Positions 38,242 to 40,246 of a stretch of 40,246 nt of DNA are shown in pieces (the stretch's first letter is position 1; each line of letters begins with the position of its first letter). This stretch comes from Desulfonema limicola (GTDB lineage: Bacteria; Desulfobacterota; Desulfobacteria; Desulfobacterales; DYRC01), in contig DYRC01000003.1 in assembly GCA_020718925.1 (NCBI GenBank), positions 1 through 40,246 of the forward strand. Reading direction: 5' to 3'. The notes under the pieces were generated by a model. That model saw only the letters and a program-made list of their open reading frames with translations. It was not told where the DNA came from and searched no databases. The translations under genes and the position numbers were made by a program.

Positions 38242-38350
38242 TATTATAAGCCGATTGTTGCGGAGATACCCCGTCCAAGCCCTTCGCGCACACGCGTGAG
38301 GGTATGACATCAGCAGCGGTTTTTTTTATACTTACTATGCCCTTCGCGCA
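38209..38350 (-). CRISPR. CRISPR-like mini-array built from the omegaRNA 5' hairpin (2 full repeats plus 1 partial)
   Basis: 33-nt repeats at 38209-38241 and 38276-38308 (30/33 identical). A partial copy GCCCTTCGCGCA lies at 38339-38350. Unique intervals are 34 nt and ~27 nt. Confidence 0.5.
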
Positions 38351-38426
38351 TGTATAAGAAAACTTCTGATAAAAAATATGTCCACAGATATAGACAAAAC
38401 TATAGTAACTTCAATAAATAATTTGA

Positions 38427-39071
38427 TTATGTTACCAAAGATATTAGCTTGGTTACTATTGGAGAAAATTTATAATTCATAGTTCCTCCCCAGCCACTTT
38501 CTTGAATCAGTAATAATCCCATATTGATAAGTCCATTTATTAATAAAGCATCCTTACTTTCTGGACTAACCCAAAGAACTTTTTCTTTGGAATCGGAAGA
38601 TGAATCTTTATCGGAAGATTCTGTTCCAATAATAACCTCGCTATAATGAGAATGATTTATTAAGAACATTATCTCATCAGCAGAAATATCTCTGATTATT
38701 CTTGATAAAAGATATGATTCATGGGGAGTTATATCTTCATCCTTAATGCAGTTTTGAACCACTCTCTTCAGATATCTGATCTTTTCTTCATCAATAGTCT
38801 GAAGAACTGACAGAATCGCTTCATTAGTGATTTTATATTGTGAATCTGACATATTACGAATTTTATCTTCTTGCGATTTTAGGATATCTTCTATCTCCTT
38901 AATTGCCGTTTCAGTACGCTTTTTATAACGACCAAATGCTAAAGTGTTCATAAAAAGCGGAAGAAGTGCCGCAGTTCCTCCAACAGCAGCTATAGCCGTT
39001 GCAGCAATGCTCACTGGCAAACTACCACTCACCTTTTCCAAAAAAGATTCTTTTTCCATATTTTCCCTCAT
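38427..39071 (-). CDS. AT-rich hypothetical protein
   Basis: 214-aa ORF with a hydrophobic N-terminal helix and markedly more AT-rich composition than the flanking core genes. Confidence 0.75.
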   Translation of the reverse strand: MRENMEKESFLEKVSGSLPVSIAATAIAAVGGTAALLPLFMNTLAFGRYKKRTETAIKEIEDILKSQEDKIRNMSDSQYKITNEAILSVLQTIDEEKIRYLKRVVQNCIKDEDITPHESYLLSRIIRDISADEIMFLINHSHYSEVIIGTESSDKDSSSDSKEKVLWVSPESKDALLINGLINMGLLLIQESGWGGTMNYKFSPIVTKLISLVT

Positions 39072-39313
39072 GGATTAAAATTCAAAATATAAAATGAGAC
39101 TTTCATTAAAACACTTTATCTATTTCAACAAAACGCTGAATGTTTATCACATGATTTGAAGGATGTCAAACTATGTACATCAAAAAAGGAATGCTAAAGT
39201 ATTCAGCAATTCATTATGAGATATGGCAGGTTCGCCGTATCTTTATCACGGTGATTATCCGATGTCAGACAAAGCTGCCCTTGCCGGAAGTTTCTTTTTA
39301 TTCGGATTAACAT

Positions 39314-39340
39314 AAATCCCGCGATTTCATCAGCCCTGAT
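39314..39340 (+). repeat. 27-bp direct repeat, left copy
   Basis: AAATCCCGCGATTTCATCAGCCCTGAT, identical to 40128-40154. Confidence 0.9.
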
Positions 39341-39435
39341 TTCAACCTCTTTCAACCCGCTTCTTTTCAATTCTTGACTTTTGCCCGCAAGTGATGATAC
39401 TGGATTATCTGATGAAAACAAAAGAGGAGGCTGAT

Positions 39436-39675
39436 ATGTATCAGAAAATCAATATCGTTTTACCTGAAACAACATTGCGTCTGATTGATCATATAACAGA
39501 TAAAAAGAACAGAAGTCGGTTTATTGACGAGGCTGTTAAATATTACATGGAACAGGTCGGAAAAATCAGTCTGCGGGAGCAGTTGAAACAGGGAGCAATC
39601 AGAAGATCGGAAAGAGACCTGAATCTTTCACGGGAATGGAATGTTTTTGAAGAGGAAGCATGGCAAAAAAGATAG
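39436..39675 (+). CDS. Ribbon-helix-helix antitoxin (MazE/NdoAI-like)
   Basis: QKINIVLPE...NRSRFIDEAV; GAGGAGG SD before the ATG at 39436; overlaps the toxin start. Confidence 0.8.
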   Translation: MYQKINIVLPETTLRLIDHITDKKNRSRFIDEAVKYYMEQVGKISLREQLKQGAIRRSERDLNLSREWNVFEEEAWQKR

Positions 39676-40025
39676 AACCTCCGAAACGGGGAGAAGTGTT
39701 TCTGGTCAATTTTGATCCCACAATCGGAGCTGAGATTAAAAAAACAAGACCGGCTCTGATTCTACAGAATGATATTTCAAATGAATACAGTTCTGTAACA
39801 ATAGTGGCAGCGATAACATCCCGATTTGACGAAACTTTATATCCGACCGAAGTGCTGATACATGCACCGGAAGGAGGTCTGAGCAATGATTCTGTCATAT
39901 TACTGAATCAGATACGATCAATTGACAAACAAAGACTGATTAAAAGATTGGGCTTATTGAAACCGGACACTATGAAAAAAGCAGACTTGGCACTGCAAAT
40001 CAGTTTCGGACTTATTGAAGTATGA
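39660..40025 (+). CDS. mazF: MazF/PemK-family endoribonuclease toxin
   Basis: RGEVFLVNFDPTIGAEIKKTRPALILQND...QIRSIDKQRL. Confidence 0.93.
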   Translation: MAKKIEPPKRGEVFLVNFDPTIGAEIKKTRPALILQNDISNEYSSVTIVAAITSRFDETLYPTEVLIHAPEGGLSNDSVILLNQIRSIDKQRLIKRLGLLKPDTMKKADLALQISFGLIEV

Positions 40026-40127
40026 AAACAGATTGATAATTATTATAAAATCGGTTAATTAAAGCATAATCATCTGACCGCAACCGAAATCTAAAAGGGA
40101 GTGTAAAACTTTGCTGCCCACTTGAAC

Positions 40128-40154
40128 AAATCCCGCGATTTCATCAGCCCTGAT
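40128..40154 (+). repeat. 27-bp direct repeat, right copy
   Basis: Identical to 39314-39340. Confidence 0.9.
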
Positions 40155-40246
40155 GTTCCGCTCTGACTTCATAAAAAACAATCGCTGTCCTTTCATATTT
40201 TCCGTTGCTTTTTTCAATCTGTTCGGATATAAATTTCAAAAGGATT

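Noticed and set aside
38209..38350. Canonical CRISPR-Cas locus
   Set aside because: No cas1/cas2 or other cas genes are present, there are only 2-3 repeats with uneven spacing, and the repeat is the omegaRNA 5' end. It is reported instead as an IscB-linked CRISPR-like array.
39290..39345. CTGATGA on the minus strand of the 27-bp repeats suggested a hammerhead ribozyme
   Set aside because: The short stem after CTGATGA is not followed by GAAA in either copy, and stems I and III cannot be built.
39203..39421. 72-aa minus-strand ORF upstream of the antitoxin
   Set aside because: It overlaps the TA promoter region and the direct repeat, with no recognisable motif.

Overview
Bacterial chromosomal window, probably from a sulfate-reducing Desulfobacterales-type deltaproteobacterium (inferred from gene content, not established). 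From left to right it holds five blocks. (1) A catalase gene split by a 1-nt frameshift, next to a PerR/Fur-family regulator. (2) A ~15.5-kb co-oriented minus-strand iron locus (2319-17888): dtxR-family regulator, small ORF, terminator/antiterminator RNA, DUF2325-like protein, HD-GYP protein, feoA, feoB, Cys-rich peptide, two R-rich P1B-ATPases, small GxxxG membrane proteins including a MamC homologue, a Tat-exported Cys/His-substituted PstS-fold protein, a porin and a chemoreceptor. Its core resembles a ferrosome (fez)-like cluster extended by an apparent sensing module. (3) Mostly housekeeping genes: degQ-like protease, radical SAM, sigma54-type response regulator, lon-clpX-clpP-tig-tRNA-Leu, coaD, LysR, ABC genes, xseAB and a DinG-like helicase. 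(4) An IscB (OMEGA) gene with its omegaRNA, whose 5' hairpin is repeated as a small CRISPR-like array. (5) An AT-rich orphan gene and an RHH/MazF toxin-antitoxin pair bracketed by exact 27-bp direct repeats. Two REP/MITE-like palindromic elements are also present. All family calls come from motif recognition by eye; no searches were run.
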